Source: an uncultured Nitrososphaeraceae archaeon
GTDB lineage: Archaea > Thermoproteota > Nitrososphaeria > Nitrososphaerales > Nitrososphaeraceae
Length of the DNA stretch: 64,000 bases
NCBI GenBank assembly: GCA_963825865.1
Contig: CAWGVG010000048.1
Location: 1 to 64,000 of the forward strand
Direction of reading: 5' to 3'
Below, piece after piece: positions 1-11,541 of the stretch. The position numbers were made by a program, and so were the translations under genes. The first letter of the stretch is position 1; each line of letters opens with the position of its first letter. The notes below the pieces were generated by a model. The model did not search any database, was not told where the DNA came from, and worked only from the letters and a program-made list of their open reading frames with translations.

Positions 1-1569
1 AAACGAAGATGTAGGCAGAGAGAGAAATATCAAACGATGATGCTTCTCTTCCTACAGTAACAATTCAACTTCCTTTATATAATGAAAAATATGTAGTTGT
101 TCGTCTGATCGATGCAGTATGTAAAATAGACTATCCAAAGGAAAAGTTGGAAATCCAGGTACTGGATGATTCTGACGATGATACCATTGAACTGATTAAA
201 TCAATAGTTAATGACTATCAAGCTGGGAGGTTTTGATATAATTTATCTTCATAGGACTGTTAAATCTGGATATAAAGACTGGTGCATTAAAGGCCGGTAT
301 GAAATCTGCAAAAGGTGAATTTATTGCAATCTTTGATGCAGACTTCATTCCTCCGCCTTGGATCTTGAAAAAGACAATAGGTAACTTTACCGATCCCAAA
401 GTCAGGATTGATCCAGTGTAGGTGGGGCCATATAAACGAAAATTATTCTTCTCTTACTGAAGCACAGGCAGTTTCTCTTGACTTGCATTTCTTAATTGAG
501 CAAAAAGCAAAAAGCTTAACACATTTATTCATGAACTTTAACGGAACTGCTGGTATTTGGGAGACTTCATCTATTAATGATGCCGGTGGTGGCAGCCGGA
601 TTAGTTAGTTGAAGATGTCCAATCTGAGTTACAGAGCTCAAATGAAAGGTTGGAAGGGTTTCTTTCTTGAAGATATTGTGGTAGAAGCAAGACCCAAGTC
701 CAGATGAATGCTCCAAAGCATAGAGAACAGTTTAGATGGGCAAAGGGTTCAATGCAAGTTGCTCTGAAATTATTAATTGATGTTGCGGTGCAGAAAAAAA
801 TACCAATAGACACCAAGATTCAGGCTTTTATCCAACTGACAAGGCATATCGTACATCCATTATTCCTAACCCAATTTCTGATATTTCCTATGTTGCTAGC
901 ATTGCATTATAAATTATATACAGGTCCCTGGGCTCCGATTCTTGGTATTCTGATTTATATTTTTACGGGACCGGCTACTTATCTTTACGTGATCAGGAAA
1001 ATCTGGGGAGAAAAATGGAAGGTAAAAGTACAAGACAATATTTGTTTTTGATATTTTTTGCAACAGGGGTATCAGTCAATAATACAATAGCAGTTTTTGA
1101 TGCATTATTAAGTGGTAAGAATGAATTCTTACGAACTCCTAAATTTGGTATAGTCAAAAAAGGCGAAGACTGGAAAAATAAAGCCTATGTCCTTCCATTC
1201 ACTAAAACCACATTACTAGAAATATTTTTTGGGCTTTATGGTTGCATCGCAATATTCATTTCTATATTTTCAGATAGTTCAATTTTCGTTCCTCTAATAG
1301 CAATTCAAACAATTGGTTTCTTTTATATTGCTTATTTGAGCATAGTACATACCTACATTACAAGAAAATCAAATATACATCAAAAAGACAATTTACTACC
1401 CCAAAAGGTTATTTACCCATCTCTTCATGATACGACTAAAGTTGGTAATACAGGACATCAGATCAGAAAGACCGATACACTAAATACTACCGCATTTGCA
1501 AAGACTAGGGCAAGAACGGTCTCTTTCAATAACGTTGATGGAAATAAGATGACAAGTGACATGTTATAG
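1..1569 (+). CDS. Glycosyltransferase family 2 (cellulose-synthase-like); 5' end outside the window, several frameshifts
   Basis: Successive frames give TIQLPLYNEKYVV, LDDSDD, FDADF, FNGTAGIW and QFRWAKG (QxxRW), then TM helices; split over ORFs 408-608, 704-1051 and 1015-1569. Confidence 0.85.
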
Positions 1570-2065
1570 ACTAATATTAGTAGGAATTTTGGGATTTTTA
1601 GCTTTTGGAGCTGGTATGGCTTATTTTGGATATCAAAGTACGATTTATCCAATGGAGAGGGCAATGGGATATTTATCAAGAGCTCAAATTGCTCAAACAC
1701 CTGAAATGGTGGCAGATTATATCATACCAGTAAAGCTATTGCTTCCAGAGCAAGGAAATCCAGTCTGGTCATTCTCAACTCCAAGTACAGATTTTCGATT
1801 AATCCAAAACGACCTTGACGCTATGCTTTCTCGTGCTAACTCTATTTCATCGCTGGAACCCCACACTGCTGCGTATAATACGGGATTAGAAGACATTCAT
1901 GGATCAATCAAAACACTTGAAACCAATCTTGAAGAAGCTACGCCTTATCTATATGTCAGTTTCACAAATGTACTCCTCAGTGTAATATGGATAGCCGTAA
2001 TTATGTTTATATTCACTCTTATGAAGAAGGGCAGGGCAAAATTCAAAGAATATGAAACTACTTAG
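1556..2065 (+). CDS. Hypothetical membrane protein (possibly the C-terminal part of the upstream GT2 gene)
   Basis: 169-aa ORF with hydrophobic helices at both ends; overlaps the GT2 stop. Confidence 0.65.
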   Translation: MTCYRLILVGILGFLAFGAGMAYFGYQSTIYPMERAMGYLSRAQIAQTPEMVADYIIPVKLLLPEQGNPVWSFSTPSTDFRLIQNDLDAMLSRANSISSLEPHTAAYNTGLEDIHGSIKTLETNLEEATPYLYVSFTNVLLSVIWIAVIMFIFTLMKKGRAKFKEYETT

Positions 2066-2508
2066 CAAATACGCCTTCTACTTACTTCCAAACTAAATAT
2101 ACACACATATCTGTGGCTTGTTCTTTTATTATTATTAATATTATTCCTACAGTAAAAAAGAAAGGAGATGGTTTGTTGAATTTTTCCTTCAAAAAATGCT
2201 ATGATATCAAAAATTGTCTGTTCACCATATTTTATTTTTTAATATTATCTGACATTTATTAATGATGTGATAAAAATATTACAAACTCTTATTTATAAAA
2301 AGATCAGCCATCCATTCATGTAAATTATAGAAGTGGTCAGTTACCCTAGTACTTTCATCATCATATTTCAGAAAGAGCAATCATCATCCCCTTACCATTT
2401 TCGATTATACTCTAAATAACCTTTTTCTTTCAAAGTTTAATTATCTTCACCAATGATGTAGTAATACGTTACTTCCAAATTTAAATAAGAATTTTAAACC
2501 TTTACCTT

Positions 2509-3150
2509 ATGTCAGCAGAGGAAAAGCTTATACAAAGGATCATCTCCGCTGGTTCGATTGGAGTTAAAAAGACCGAACTACGCAAAGAATTTGCAGAGAC
2601 AGAAACTGACACAATTCTAGAACATATGGTTACCAATGGTGATGTATTTATTGATAAAAAAGGGGCAGCATACTACTGCTGGTATAAGGATCATTACTTT
2701 CAAAGTTTGTTAAATTCGGATCCAAAGTTTCGACTAACATATGAAGCAATAAAAACGCTTGAACAATCTGTTAATAAAACTTCTGACGGATTGGCCAAGA
2801 CTGTTGAAATGCTTGTTGATAATATCTCAAATTTGTCAAAGTCGACCATAGAAAAAAACGGACATAGCTCTTCACAAATAATCTTGAGTGGACCATTAAC
2901 GATACAGTTAGACCAATTCAAAAATGAGTTTGATATTGCTGTTGCTAACTATTCAAGCTCTATAGGTTGGGTTGAACTAGCAAAAATCCGAAACGAATTG
3001 TATACTAAGTATAATTTATCCAATGAAGAATTTTATAGTCTAGTTGAGCAACTGACAAATAAGTACCAAGATAAATATGAATTATCGACTGGTGGAACCG
3101 AGGGATTAACAGTAAGGGGTCTACTTCACGGCTTGGTGAGGTGTATATAG
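2509..3150 (+). CDS. Hypothetical protein with probable wHTH domains at both ends and a coiled-coil linker
   Basis: 213 aa; GVKKTELRKEF...LEHMVTNGDVFID and GWVELAKIRNEL...LSNEEFYSLVEQL look wHTH-like; stop lies 1 bp before the ATPase gene. Confidence 0.65.
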   Translation: MSAEEKLIQRIISAGSIGVKKTELRKEFAETETDTILEHMVTNGDVFIDKKGAAYYCWYKDHYFQSLLNSDPKFRLTYEAIKTLEQSVNKTSDGLAKTVEMLVDNISNLSKSTIEKNGHSSSQIILSGPLTIQLDQFKNEFDIAVANYSSSIGWVELAKIRNELYTKYNLSNEEFYSLVEQLTNKYQDKYELSTGGTEGLTVRGLLHGLVRCI

Positions 3151-3151
3151 T

Positions 3152-4788
3152 GTGTATCCATACAAGCTAGCACAAAATCCATATCCTTCTAGTCCCACAC
3201 CAACAACGATTGATGCCAGAATTCTGGGCGGCAAAAAGCATAAGGAAGCAAAGACCGCTGTGCTATCTTGTATAGGAGACTTATTGTCCAAAATAACTGA
3301 AAAGCCTACCGATAAGGATTTTCGTTTAATAACACTAATCCAAGATGTCGGTTCGGGTAAGACTCATTTATCCTTGCACATTCGAGATTTGCAAGAACTT
3401 TGTGATAATACTGTAATTTCATACGTTGACCTTTCTCAAATATCGCCACGAGATATGCACAGTCTGTACAGGTCCATGTTAGGGGGTTTCACTGATGACT
3501 ATGTCAGGAACCTTAAAGAATCTGTTGTTTATTTTCTGAGGGACAAAGCTGAGCGGAATATTATAGACGCAAAGAAAATTTTCAATTATGGATTTGTGGA
3601 TTTAATCACAAGAAAAAGCCTAGCGTACAAGGCAGAACAGATCCTACAAAATAAAATTGTTCCTAATTATTTTGCTATTCACAATGTTTTAAAAGAAGAC
3701 TTCTCTCTAACTGAAATATCTATTCTCAAATTATTAATTGAAGGCAAATTCAGAGCAGGCGCCTATAGTGTATCAACACTTGAAGATATAATCGCCAGTA
3801 TATCTGCAATAGCCAGTTTGAATTTGAAATTTTTAAAAAAATTGACAATTTTTCAGATAGATGAATTTGATTCTGATAAAGAGTCATTAGATTTTGTTAA
3901 GGCAGTGATTAATGCACACCTGCCTTCGACAGTACTCTATGTTGATTCTGACACCATCTTCATATGAAGAAATACGGAATAAAAATAGTGCAGTATTTGA
4001 TAGGTTAGAGAAAGCAAATTATAAAATTGACCTTGCAGGTTCAAATACTCTGGAAGAGATACTTGATATCAGTTTTGAATATCTAAGATATTATGATTGT
4101 GGAAAGAACTTTACAACAGATGATGAAAAAGATCTTACAGCCAAGATCAAAGTAATTTACGATGAATTTCCTGATTTCAGAAATATAAGATCGATGATAA
4201 ACATCCTGTATCATGCTACTGAAAATGCTGGAAAAAGAAATGCTGTAATAATTGATGAAGAGGCCATAGACGATACCATAAAAGTTGTCTATCCCGGGGT
4301 TGAGAATAAAGGCTAGCATCATGGGTGTGCCACTACCAGATTTCTTCAAAATTCGACGGAATTCAGATGATGTCCAAATGTTGGAATCTGACGTTCGCGA
4401 TGCAGTAAGAAATCTTGTAAATTATGCTTATGAAATAGGTACAGTAGCAAAACCTGAAGCTGCCAATGGAAAAGGTAACGGAATTGACCTTATTTACGAT
4501 GATCCAAATGGAACCAAAGTTGCAGTTGCTGTAGTGATAAACAAGGATTATGTAAAGAGCTTCAAACAAATATCCAATGCAGTAAAATCTGCAGATTATG
4601 CAGATAAATTGGTAGTACTAACTAATACAAATGCTTATGGCGAATCAAACGGAACAAGCATAGTTAACATCGATCGGTATAAGATGATTGATTTAATTTA
4701 TTTCAGTAGTAAATACAGAAATAAGGAGATGATGCTTGATGATTCACAACGTGCCTTGATGTTGGCAAAGTCAATAAAGCTCTGTTAA
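3152..4788 (+). CDS. AAA+/P-loop ATPase with an extra C-terminal domain, split by two frameshifts
   Basis: Walker A DVGSGKT, Walker B IFQIDEFD, FDRL and RNIRSMINIL motifs; ORFs 3152-3967, 3912-4316 and 4285-4788 overlap in sequence. Confidence 0.75.
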
Positions 4789-4945
4789 ATATTTGCTGGA
4801 TATAGAAAATTTACCTCTTTATAAGATACGCAGCAGATTCTTCTATTGCTCAGCGGGATTTAATAAAAGAAGAAAGACCATATTGCTGAAATAATAAAGA
4901 AAATCAATAATAATATTATTTTACTTATACTAACGTGTCTCTGTC

Positions 4946-5404
4946 GTGACAAAAAATAGATATTTTAATACAATTGATGACTTTCTAAAAAACTTGCACA
5001 AAGAGGGAGTTGCATTAATAGATTTTAATGAGAATAAGATTCCATGTGTCTACGTTAATCCAAGAAGGTACAATGAGATTATGAATGGCATTTATGGTAA
5101 AAAACTAGCGGTTGATACCCTACTGAACATATTTCATGATGGACGCGATGTTTTTGTTGATATACAACTGAAATTTCCGAACACAGCGCTAGATGAAAAC
5201 TATCTTTTACATGCTAACGATATATTGGAATTCTTTGAGGCATTAGCTCATACAGGGTTAATTGCACTTGCTCCTGATCCCTCTGTTACTCCAAATGACT
5301 CAAATGTCTTTATGATTCAGCTCCCTAAAAAAGAGCCCGCAGAAAATGCACTTCAAATAATTAAAGCACATGCAAAGAACAAAAAAGGATATCTTGACAA
5401 TTAA
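4946..5404 (+). CDS. Hypothetical protein
   Basis: 152-aa ORF of globular composition. Confidence 0.65.
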   Translation: MTKNRYFNTIDDFLKNLHKEGVALIDFNENKIPCVYVNPRRYNEIMNGIYGKKLAVDTLLNIFHDGRDVFVDIQLKFPNTALDENYLLHANDILEFFEALAHTGLIALAPDPSVTPNDSNVFMIQLPKKEPAENALQIIKAHAKNKKGYLDN

Positions 5405-5485
5405 TAATTGTTAGATCAACAGAATACACTTAGAGAAACAAAATACCTACATATGTATATGTGTATATGTAACGGTTTAGCGAGA

Positions 5486-5785
5486 ATGGAAGAAGAAGAA
5501 GAAGAAGAAAAAATAGAATCATCAAATAACAACAGGAAAATTACTACTGCAGCTGACGTAACGTCAGAAAAAGAAAAAGGTATGAATAACCTTGTTACTC
5601 TAGAAAAGAAAAATAACAATAATGACATTACTGACAATAACGCAATACCATTAGAAATTGACATCCATTTTCAAATGTACGGCAAACATGCCTGGGAAGT
5701 TGAGTACGGAGAAGAAAGATGCCCGATATGTAATAGAAGAATAGACGAATATGGGTTCTGTGCTTGTGGCAGTCAAGTCGACTAG
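5486..5785 (+). CDS. Small protein with C-terminal Zn ribbon
   Basis: CPIC...DEYGFCAC; low-complexity N-terminus, start uncertain. Confidence 0.6.
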   Translation: MEEEEEEEKIESSNNNRKITTAADVTSEKEKGMNNLVTLEKKNNNNDITDNNAIPLEIDIHFQMYGKHAWEVEYGEERCPICNRRIDEYGFCACGSQVD

Positions 5786-6121
5786 TGTGTTTGTTAGATG
5801 TTACAATATATCCATTTGCTTGCCTTTTTTTTGAGATAAAAAGAAAGGAAACTCATAAAGATCGAATAATGTGAAGATTGAGTTAACATTCTATCTTTAT
5901 TTAAAAACGCCTCTAATTAAAATTATATGACTAAGTTCGACAATGGCATACATGGCATTGCTATTGGTGAATTGTGGTTTAGTGCTATTTGGTTCACCTC
6001 TATTTGTTTATCAAGCATTACTTAATCTCGGCTTTGCATTTTGAACGGTGATGACTTTTTTTCAGAAAATTTAGATTCTTCAAGGATCAATTCTGTCATA
6101 TTTGTATCGCATTTTAATGAA

Positions 6122-6196
6122 TGCGACGGCCGGGATTTGAACCCGGGTTACCAGATTGGCAATCTGATGTCCTAGACCAAACTGGACGACCGTCGC
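6122..6196 (-). tRNA. tRNA-Gly (GCC)
   Basis: Reverse complement GCGACGGTCGTCCAGTTTGGTCTAGGACATCAGATTGCCAATCTGGTAACCCGGGTTCAAATCCCGGCCGTCGCA folds as a cloverleaf; anticodon loop TTGCCAA, T-loop GTTCAAATC, no encoded CCA. Confidence 0.97.
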
Positions 6197-6463
6197 ACTA
6201 ACGTTCAATCAAGATTAATTGGGTATTTTAAGGGTTTTATTTTGTCGTTAATTAATCATTCGAAAATAACTTAACTGAAGAGTGATTCTATATATTTGTA
6301 TGAGTTATAAGACAAAACATGTATGGATGGGTGTTTCATAGGAGAAAACAAATTATTAATATTGAGTTAATTGTGTTAATAAAGTAGTGGGATATATTAT
6401 GCAAATTTATTTATTCACATTTATAGAGAAACTTCGATCCTACTAAAAACTGCTACAATAATG

Positions 6464-6486
6464 TATATATATATATATATATATAA
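6464..6486. repeat. (TA)n microsatellite
   Basis: Run of tatatata; a similar run lies at ~19545-19566. Confidence 0.8.
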
Positions 6487-6604
6487 TAACCATAGCATCA
6501 TAACGTTGCAGAAGCGTCGTGTATTATCATTTAGTGCTTCTCCATATTGAGCTGAAATTACTCTTAAATACTTATTTTACTCTCATGGAAAAGAGGAGAG
6601 ATGT

Positions 6605-7021
6605 ATGAATTCAACAAATTTATCGATACTAAAGGTATTATCATCCATAACAGTTGTTGTTGTTATTGCCGGTACAGCAGTAGGGGTTGGAATTTCTAAT
6701 AAGGCATCTCAAGCACAGCAACTACCACAACCAGTTTTACCTCCAGGTGCAGAAGTAAAACCCCCAACCAAAAGTAGCATTGCCAGCAGAGCAGACAACA
6801 CAATTTAAGTAAGTACCAGATGAAATGTACTGCGACGAGCGAATGCTAATACTCCTGATGTAAACAAATTACAAAGCTGCGATCAGAAAATGTTATTCAT
6901 ACAAGGTCAGTGTGACAAACATCTAATGGGCCAGTCGATCTGTTATGAAAAGAGGTTGCAGGACTACATACACAAACAGGGCTTAATATATTCACCTAAA
7001 CCACAAACAATGCCAAAATAA
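6605..7021 (+). CDS. Small secreted/membrane-anchored Cys-containing protein, frameshifted
   Basis: N-terminal hydrophobic helix in ORF 6605-6808; another frame continues LQSCDQKMLFIQGQCDKHLMGQSICYEKRL. Confidence 0.45.
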
Positions 7022-7049
7022 AATATAGGTGAATTACAAAGGAAAAAGG

Positions 7050-7460
7050 CAGTAGTAGAATAAATTGGCCATCGTATCTATTGAAATTGGTTTATCGGCA
7101 AAATAGCTTAAAATCATTTTAGGAAATAACCTTTTAACCCATCATGATATGCCTCAAATGCGATCATAAAACACACTTTAACTTTGTTATTCAAATTTTC
7201 TATTTTTCTTGTATAACTTAACAATTCATGGTTGACATTCTCATATCAATGAGTAGCAGATCACAATGGTTAATCTTGAATTTTGATAATGTTTTTATAG
7301 AATTATTATATCCTTCTACTTCAAATACCTGTTGCTCTAAACCCATTCTTAAAGCTAAAGTGGTATCAGGTTCATCATGTACAACTAATATTTTCTTCCT
7401 CTCTGTTATTAGTGGCTTGATATTGTTGGTAGTTTTTGAAGTTGCTGCTGATGGATATTT
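7050..7460 (-). pseudogene. Response-regulator receiver domain, degenerate
   Basis: Minus strand reads KKILVVHDEPDTTLALRMGLE...DLLLIDMRM...KVKVCFMIAFE with a stop and frameshift. Confidence 0.7.
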
Positions 7461-7461
7461 T

Positions 7462-8088
7462 TTATAATAATAAGATAAGGGTAGAATACCCTCGACTTTC
7501 TGTCACAAAATTTCCATCAACTTCTTCAACTACTATTGTAACTGAGATGAGATCGTACTTGCGACAGTTTTTCGCATCGATGATAATATAATCATTTAGG
7601 ATATCTACGCTTTTCAGACTTTCTGGACTAACCAGGAAATTCACGGGGGAGCTGGAATTAATTAGCAACAATTGATTTTTGTAATAATTGCCTATGCGCG
7701 CAAGTCTTCCCTCTCTTGGGATTGCTCTTACATTCATTTTGACTTCGTCAATAGGATGTATAGTATAACGCGTCATATTATTCACAAAAATTTCAAATTT
7801 GAATGGATATCCTGCTGTATTTTCTGCCATTTTATTAACTCCGTCATTCATGACAATGTCTATCTTCTTGATAGTATTAGCATATTTGAAAATCCAATCA
7901 TTAGAAGTGTTTATAACATTATTTATAATCGCTTTTCTCGACATATTTTCTTCTTCACTTAGTTGATATCTATCCACCCAATCTTTGTAGTCTTTACTAA
8001 TATCCATTATGAATTCTGTGCATGTATTCTGATAGTCCTCAATGCTTGTTGCTCGATCTGAACCTGTGTCAGCAGCGAACATCACCAA
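7462..8088 (-). CDS. Hypothetical protein
   Basis: 208-aa ORF, no recognised motif. Confidence 0.55.
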   Translation of the reverse strand: MVMFAADTGSDRATSIEDYQNTCTEFIMDISKDYKDWVDRYQLSEEENMSRKAIINNVINTSNDWIFKYANTIKKIDIVMNDGVNKMAENTAGYPFKFEIFVNNMTRYTIHPIDEVKMNVRAIPREGRLARIGNYYKNQLLLINSSSPVNFLVSPESLKSVDILNDYIIIDAKNCRKYDLISVTIVVEEVDGNFVTESRGYSTLILLL

Positions 8089-8140
8089 AGTAACACCTCA
8101 CCATCACATAAAAAAATATAGATTGACATAGACATTATAA

Positions 8141-8662
8141 ATGGTTAATATATATATTATAACTGATGGCAAAAGAATGATATTATTATTATTTTCGACT
8201 CTAATAGATGAACTGAGAGCAAATATCCATACTAACAGAAATGCTCTGCATATGATTTTAAAAAAGAATCCTAATATGGCTTATCAAAAGGTAAATGAAG
8301 TTGCCGCTTTTACGGGATCACGATATAAACTAAACTTGCAATTGCATTTTCCTAATTCAAAAAAGATTGCTGACATTGATTCATATGGAACAGAAAATAT
8401 TGGAATAGTAATAGATAAATTTCGTAAGGTTTTTCCTATTCCTAGAGAAGAAATAAAACGAAAAGCAACTGAATTGATGGGCAATAACATTCAAGTTCAG
8501 GATGCGTATATGTATGAAGGGAAGGAAGGTGTTAAGGTAATTTTGGAAAATGGAAATGGTAGGATTGAAATCCTTCCGGGGTCTATCCATTTATGGTGCA
8601 AAGTACAAGATGAAAAGATAGAAAGTTATGGTGATTGGTTGATGCAAAATGTATATTTATGA
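8141..8662 (+). CDS. Hypothetical protein
   Basis: 173-aa ORF of globular composition; true start probably internal. Confidence 0.65.
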   Translation: MVNIYIITDGKRMILLLFSTLIDELRANIHTNRNALHMILKKNPNMAYQKVNEVAAFTGSRYKLNLQLHFPNSKKIADIDSYGTENIGIVIDKFRKVFPIPREEIKRKATELMGNNIQVQDAYMYEGKEGVKVILENGNGRIEILPGSIHLWCKVQDEKIESYGDWLMQNVYL

Positions 8663-9877
8663 TCAGTAAACCCAAATTATATCTTGTATGATAGCCATAA
8701 TCTAAACCCTGCCTTCTCTCTTTTAGCATATTAGAGAGTCCTATAAATGTAATATCTAGTATCTTGGCATTTCACCTTGTTGTTATGATTATTGTTTTTC
8801 CATAATCTCCGCCTGGTCCATGCCACCATCATTTTCTCTTTCTCCTATTACTCCTAGGAATTCCATAAACTGACCTAAGAAACTGAGGATAACAATGGAG
8901 AAAAGAAAATCCAAGAGCTAGAACAAGAAATTGAAGGTCCTCGTTGTTATGATATGATGGGTGTTATCCTCGGATTTTAATGGGGCTCCGCTACTTTTGT
9001 CAAGAATGTAATTTGTCACTTTTGATAAATTAAAAAGAGTGATAATTTAATTATGAGTCATAAACAACGACAACAAAAAATAAAATGAATGCTAATAATA
9101 GTAGTAGCAGTAATAATTCCAAACCTAAAATTCTAGAGCAAGGTGGTATCTATTTCTTTTATAGGCCCAAGAAAAATGCTGAGGAGGTAAAAAGGTATTG
9201 AGGATGTTAGACGCTTTTTTATGGTTACTGCTCCTGAAAAATCAGAAAATAAAGAGGGACAAAAATCAGTTTTATAGGCTATTTGGTGGTAAAATATCAC
9301 TTCCCGAGATTAGGAAGAGCGAAGCTAGAGCGTCTGAGCGCTATTGGTCTAGAGCAAGGTGGTATTTTTAATGATCCTAATGAGCTCACAAAAAAGCTCT
9401 TGTCAAATGAATTTAGAAAAGGTGATGCAGCTAGACCTGTAGGGGAGGGAAAATATGCTATAGTAAAATATCATCAACAAGCAGAATGGCGTGAATGAAT
9501 GGATACGTTAAATGCACATAGTTGTGCAGATAACTGGCGCTGGACATGCAGCAATGTTACACTGTTCTGATAAATTCAATAAAATAATACAACATTCTTA
9601 CAACAACAACCCTGGCCGATGAAAATGAAGTTTCGCTCGTTTCTTTGAAAAAGTAAGGGGAAGAGGTAGGATCTACGCAGGAAATATGTTATACCTTGTA
9701 TCTTTTTCTGACCCAGGCCGTTGAATTTTAAGCAAGCAAGTTATGCCTTTCGCTTAGGATTGTGTCTATCTGTTCTGACACCCTTTTACTTACTAACCAG
9801 AATTTTTCTTGACTGATGTTAGGCCTGATACTTTTACATGCGCCTTAGTTATACATCATCATTTAAACTGGCTCGCG

Positions 9878-10768
9878 CTACGTAACGTAGAGTTTTCTTG
9901 AGAAAATAATCGATGGAATTATAAGTAGTAGAGTTGCTAATCCATAATACAAGCCGATACTGCCGCTTATAAACACAGAATCTAGAACTATGATTGAAAT
10001 TACCATATTTTTAATGGCCTTTTGAATTACTAATGAGGAATTGCGAGACTTTGTTTTTCTGAAAGTAATGATTATAATACCTGCAAATAATATCAGATTT
10101 GCAAAAAACTCCATTTTAAAAATTCCGAGAAAACCTGCAAACGATATTGATGCTATGACAGTAAAAACAATAAAAAAAGAACCAACAATGGTGCGCCTTG
10201 TCTGCATGCCGTCTATTTCTTTTCTGCTAAGCAGGCTTATTGCCAACACATATAAAAATATTGATAAGCTGACAAATATCATTCTTACAAAGAAATTGTT
10301 GTTTGCCAGCAATACAAAAAGCGCAGGACTCGCTCCTAAAATCACGTTCAGAAATCTTGCAGCGCCCATTGTGATTGGACCTATGACAGTATTTTTTAAT
10401 CGGAAGTCGTAAGAGATTACAGTAGCAGACAGAATAGTCGAGATCACAAAACTACTCCAACTGACTGCAAAAGCAAGTATGTTGGCGGATACCAATGATA
10501 CGATAGCAATTACAAATGCTTTTTGTTTTGTAATTGTTCCCGCCGGTAGAGGTCTATAAGGTCGCTCTTTTAGATCTATCTCGATATCAAAATAATCGTT
10601 AAAGACTGTTCCAGCAATATATATTAAGACCGAAGATAATATTAGAATGAATAATTGTTGACTATGTGCGTAAGCAGGCGAAGTTATAGCGAAATATCCT
10701 GTCAAAATATTTGACGGGGCAGTAAATGTATTTGGTAATCTTATTAAAAGTAAATATTGTCTAAACAC
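9878..10768 (-). CDS. UbiA-family prenyltransferase (EboC-like)
   Basis: LIRLPNTFTA N-terminus, NDYFDIEID..ERPYRPLPAG Asp-rich motif, YD..LK, MGAARFLNV, many TM helices. Confidence 0.85.
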   Translation of the reverse strand: MFRQYLLLIRLPNTFTAPSNILTGYFAITSPAYAHSQQLFILILSSVLIYIAGTVFNDYFDIEIDLKERPYRPLPAGTITKQKAFVIAIVSLVSANILAFAVSWSSFVISTILSATVISYDFRLKNTVIGPITMGAARFLNVILGASPALFVLLANNNFFVRMIFVSLSIFLYVLAISLLSRKEIDGMQTRRTIVGSFFIVFTVIASISFAGFLGIFKMEFFANLILFAGIIIITFRKTKSRNSSLVIQKAIKNMVISIIVLDSVFISGSIGLYYGLATLLLIIPSIIFSRKLYVT

Positions 10769-10839
10769 AAAGCTGTCACCACCACATTATTAATATCAAT
10801 ACAATTTAATTAATAATACGATAAGATGTATAAACACAA

Positions 10840-10932
10840 TTACATCGGACATCCAACGTCACAATTACACGCATCCAAGTAGTATGCATGTATCTTCCAA
10901 TTTGGTTTTGCCTTTGCTTGTTGTAGTTTCAT
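10840..10932 (-). pseudogene. DUF1326-like N-terminal stub
   Basis: MKLQQAKAKPNWKIHAYYLDACNCDVGCPM* carries the CNC-x-x-x-CP motif, then stops. Confidence 0.55.
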
Positions 10933-11089
10933 AATGCTTTATCTTTGAATGAGTAGTTGTTGTCGTTTATTTATATTCACGATGCCAGTGACGTGGTCCA
11001 TAGCCATACTAGTGTCTTAATGGCATACATATGCTGCGAAAATAAGAGACAGAGATATTGGCGGTGAAGGTATTGCAGCTAAGACTCTC

Positions 11090-11198
11090 GTCATGACAGT
11101 TCAGTTGCTATAGTGATCTTCCTTTGTATTTCAAGGTCTTCGTCTTTCGGTGTCGTTGCTAATATTGATTCTACTGACTTGTTTGAAGGTCTAGCCAT
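11090..11198 (-). pseudogene. Tyrosine-integrase N-terminal stub
   Basis: LEIQRKITIATE resembles VEIERKITLATE at the start of the integrase near 21300. Confidence 0.5.
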
Positions 11199-11541
11199 AT
11201 ATGCATCTTGGTGTATAAAGGTCATAAGACAGGATTATTGTGTTGTAAACCTGGACACAGTAATAGCTATTGTATTGATTTAACGTTGTTACGATTTGTA
11301 GCAGTACCTGCTGATTAGTATCTTTATTAGGTACCATACGGTATAAATCGCATTCCTCATCGGTTTCAGTTATTTGTCATAAGTCATATCCGCACAATCG
11401 ATAACCAATTGTTTTAATATATAGATTAATTAATCCCTTCTTTCATTGAAGTTTATTACAGTATCCTCTCTTCTCTGCACCATAGGATTTTATTCTCTAT
11501 GCATATAAGAATTGGTGGTATAAGTTCTCAATATCATTAGT

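Noticed and set aside
6122-6196. tRNA-Gly as the attachment site of a large integrated element
   Set aside because: I found no second copy of its 3' end by eye and no intact integrase is adjacent
10041-10412. Long antisense ORFs (also 29548-29991, 34783-35100, 36317-36661, 60226-60534, 61647-62045)
   Set aside because: Shadows of well-supported genes on the opposite strand
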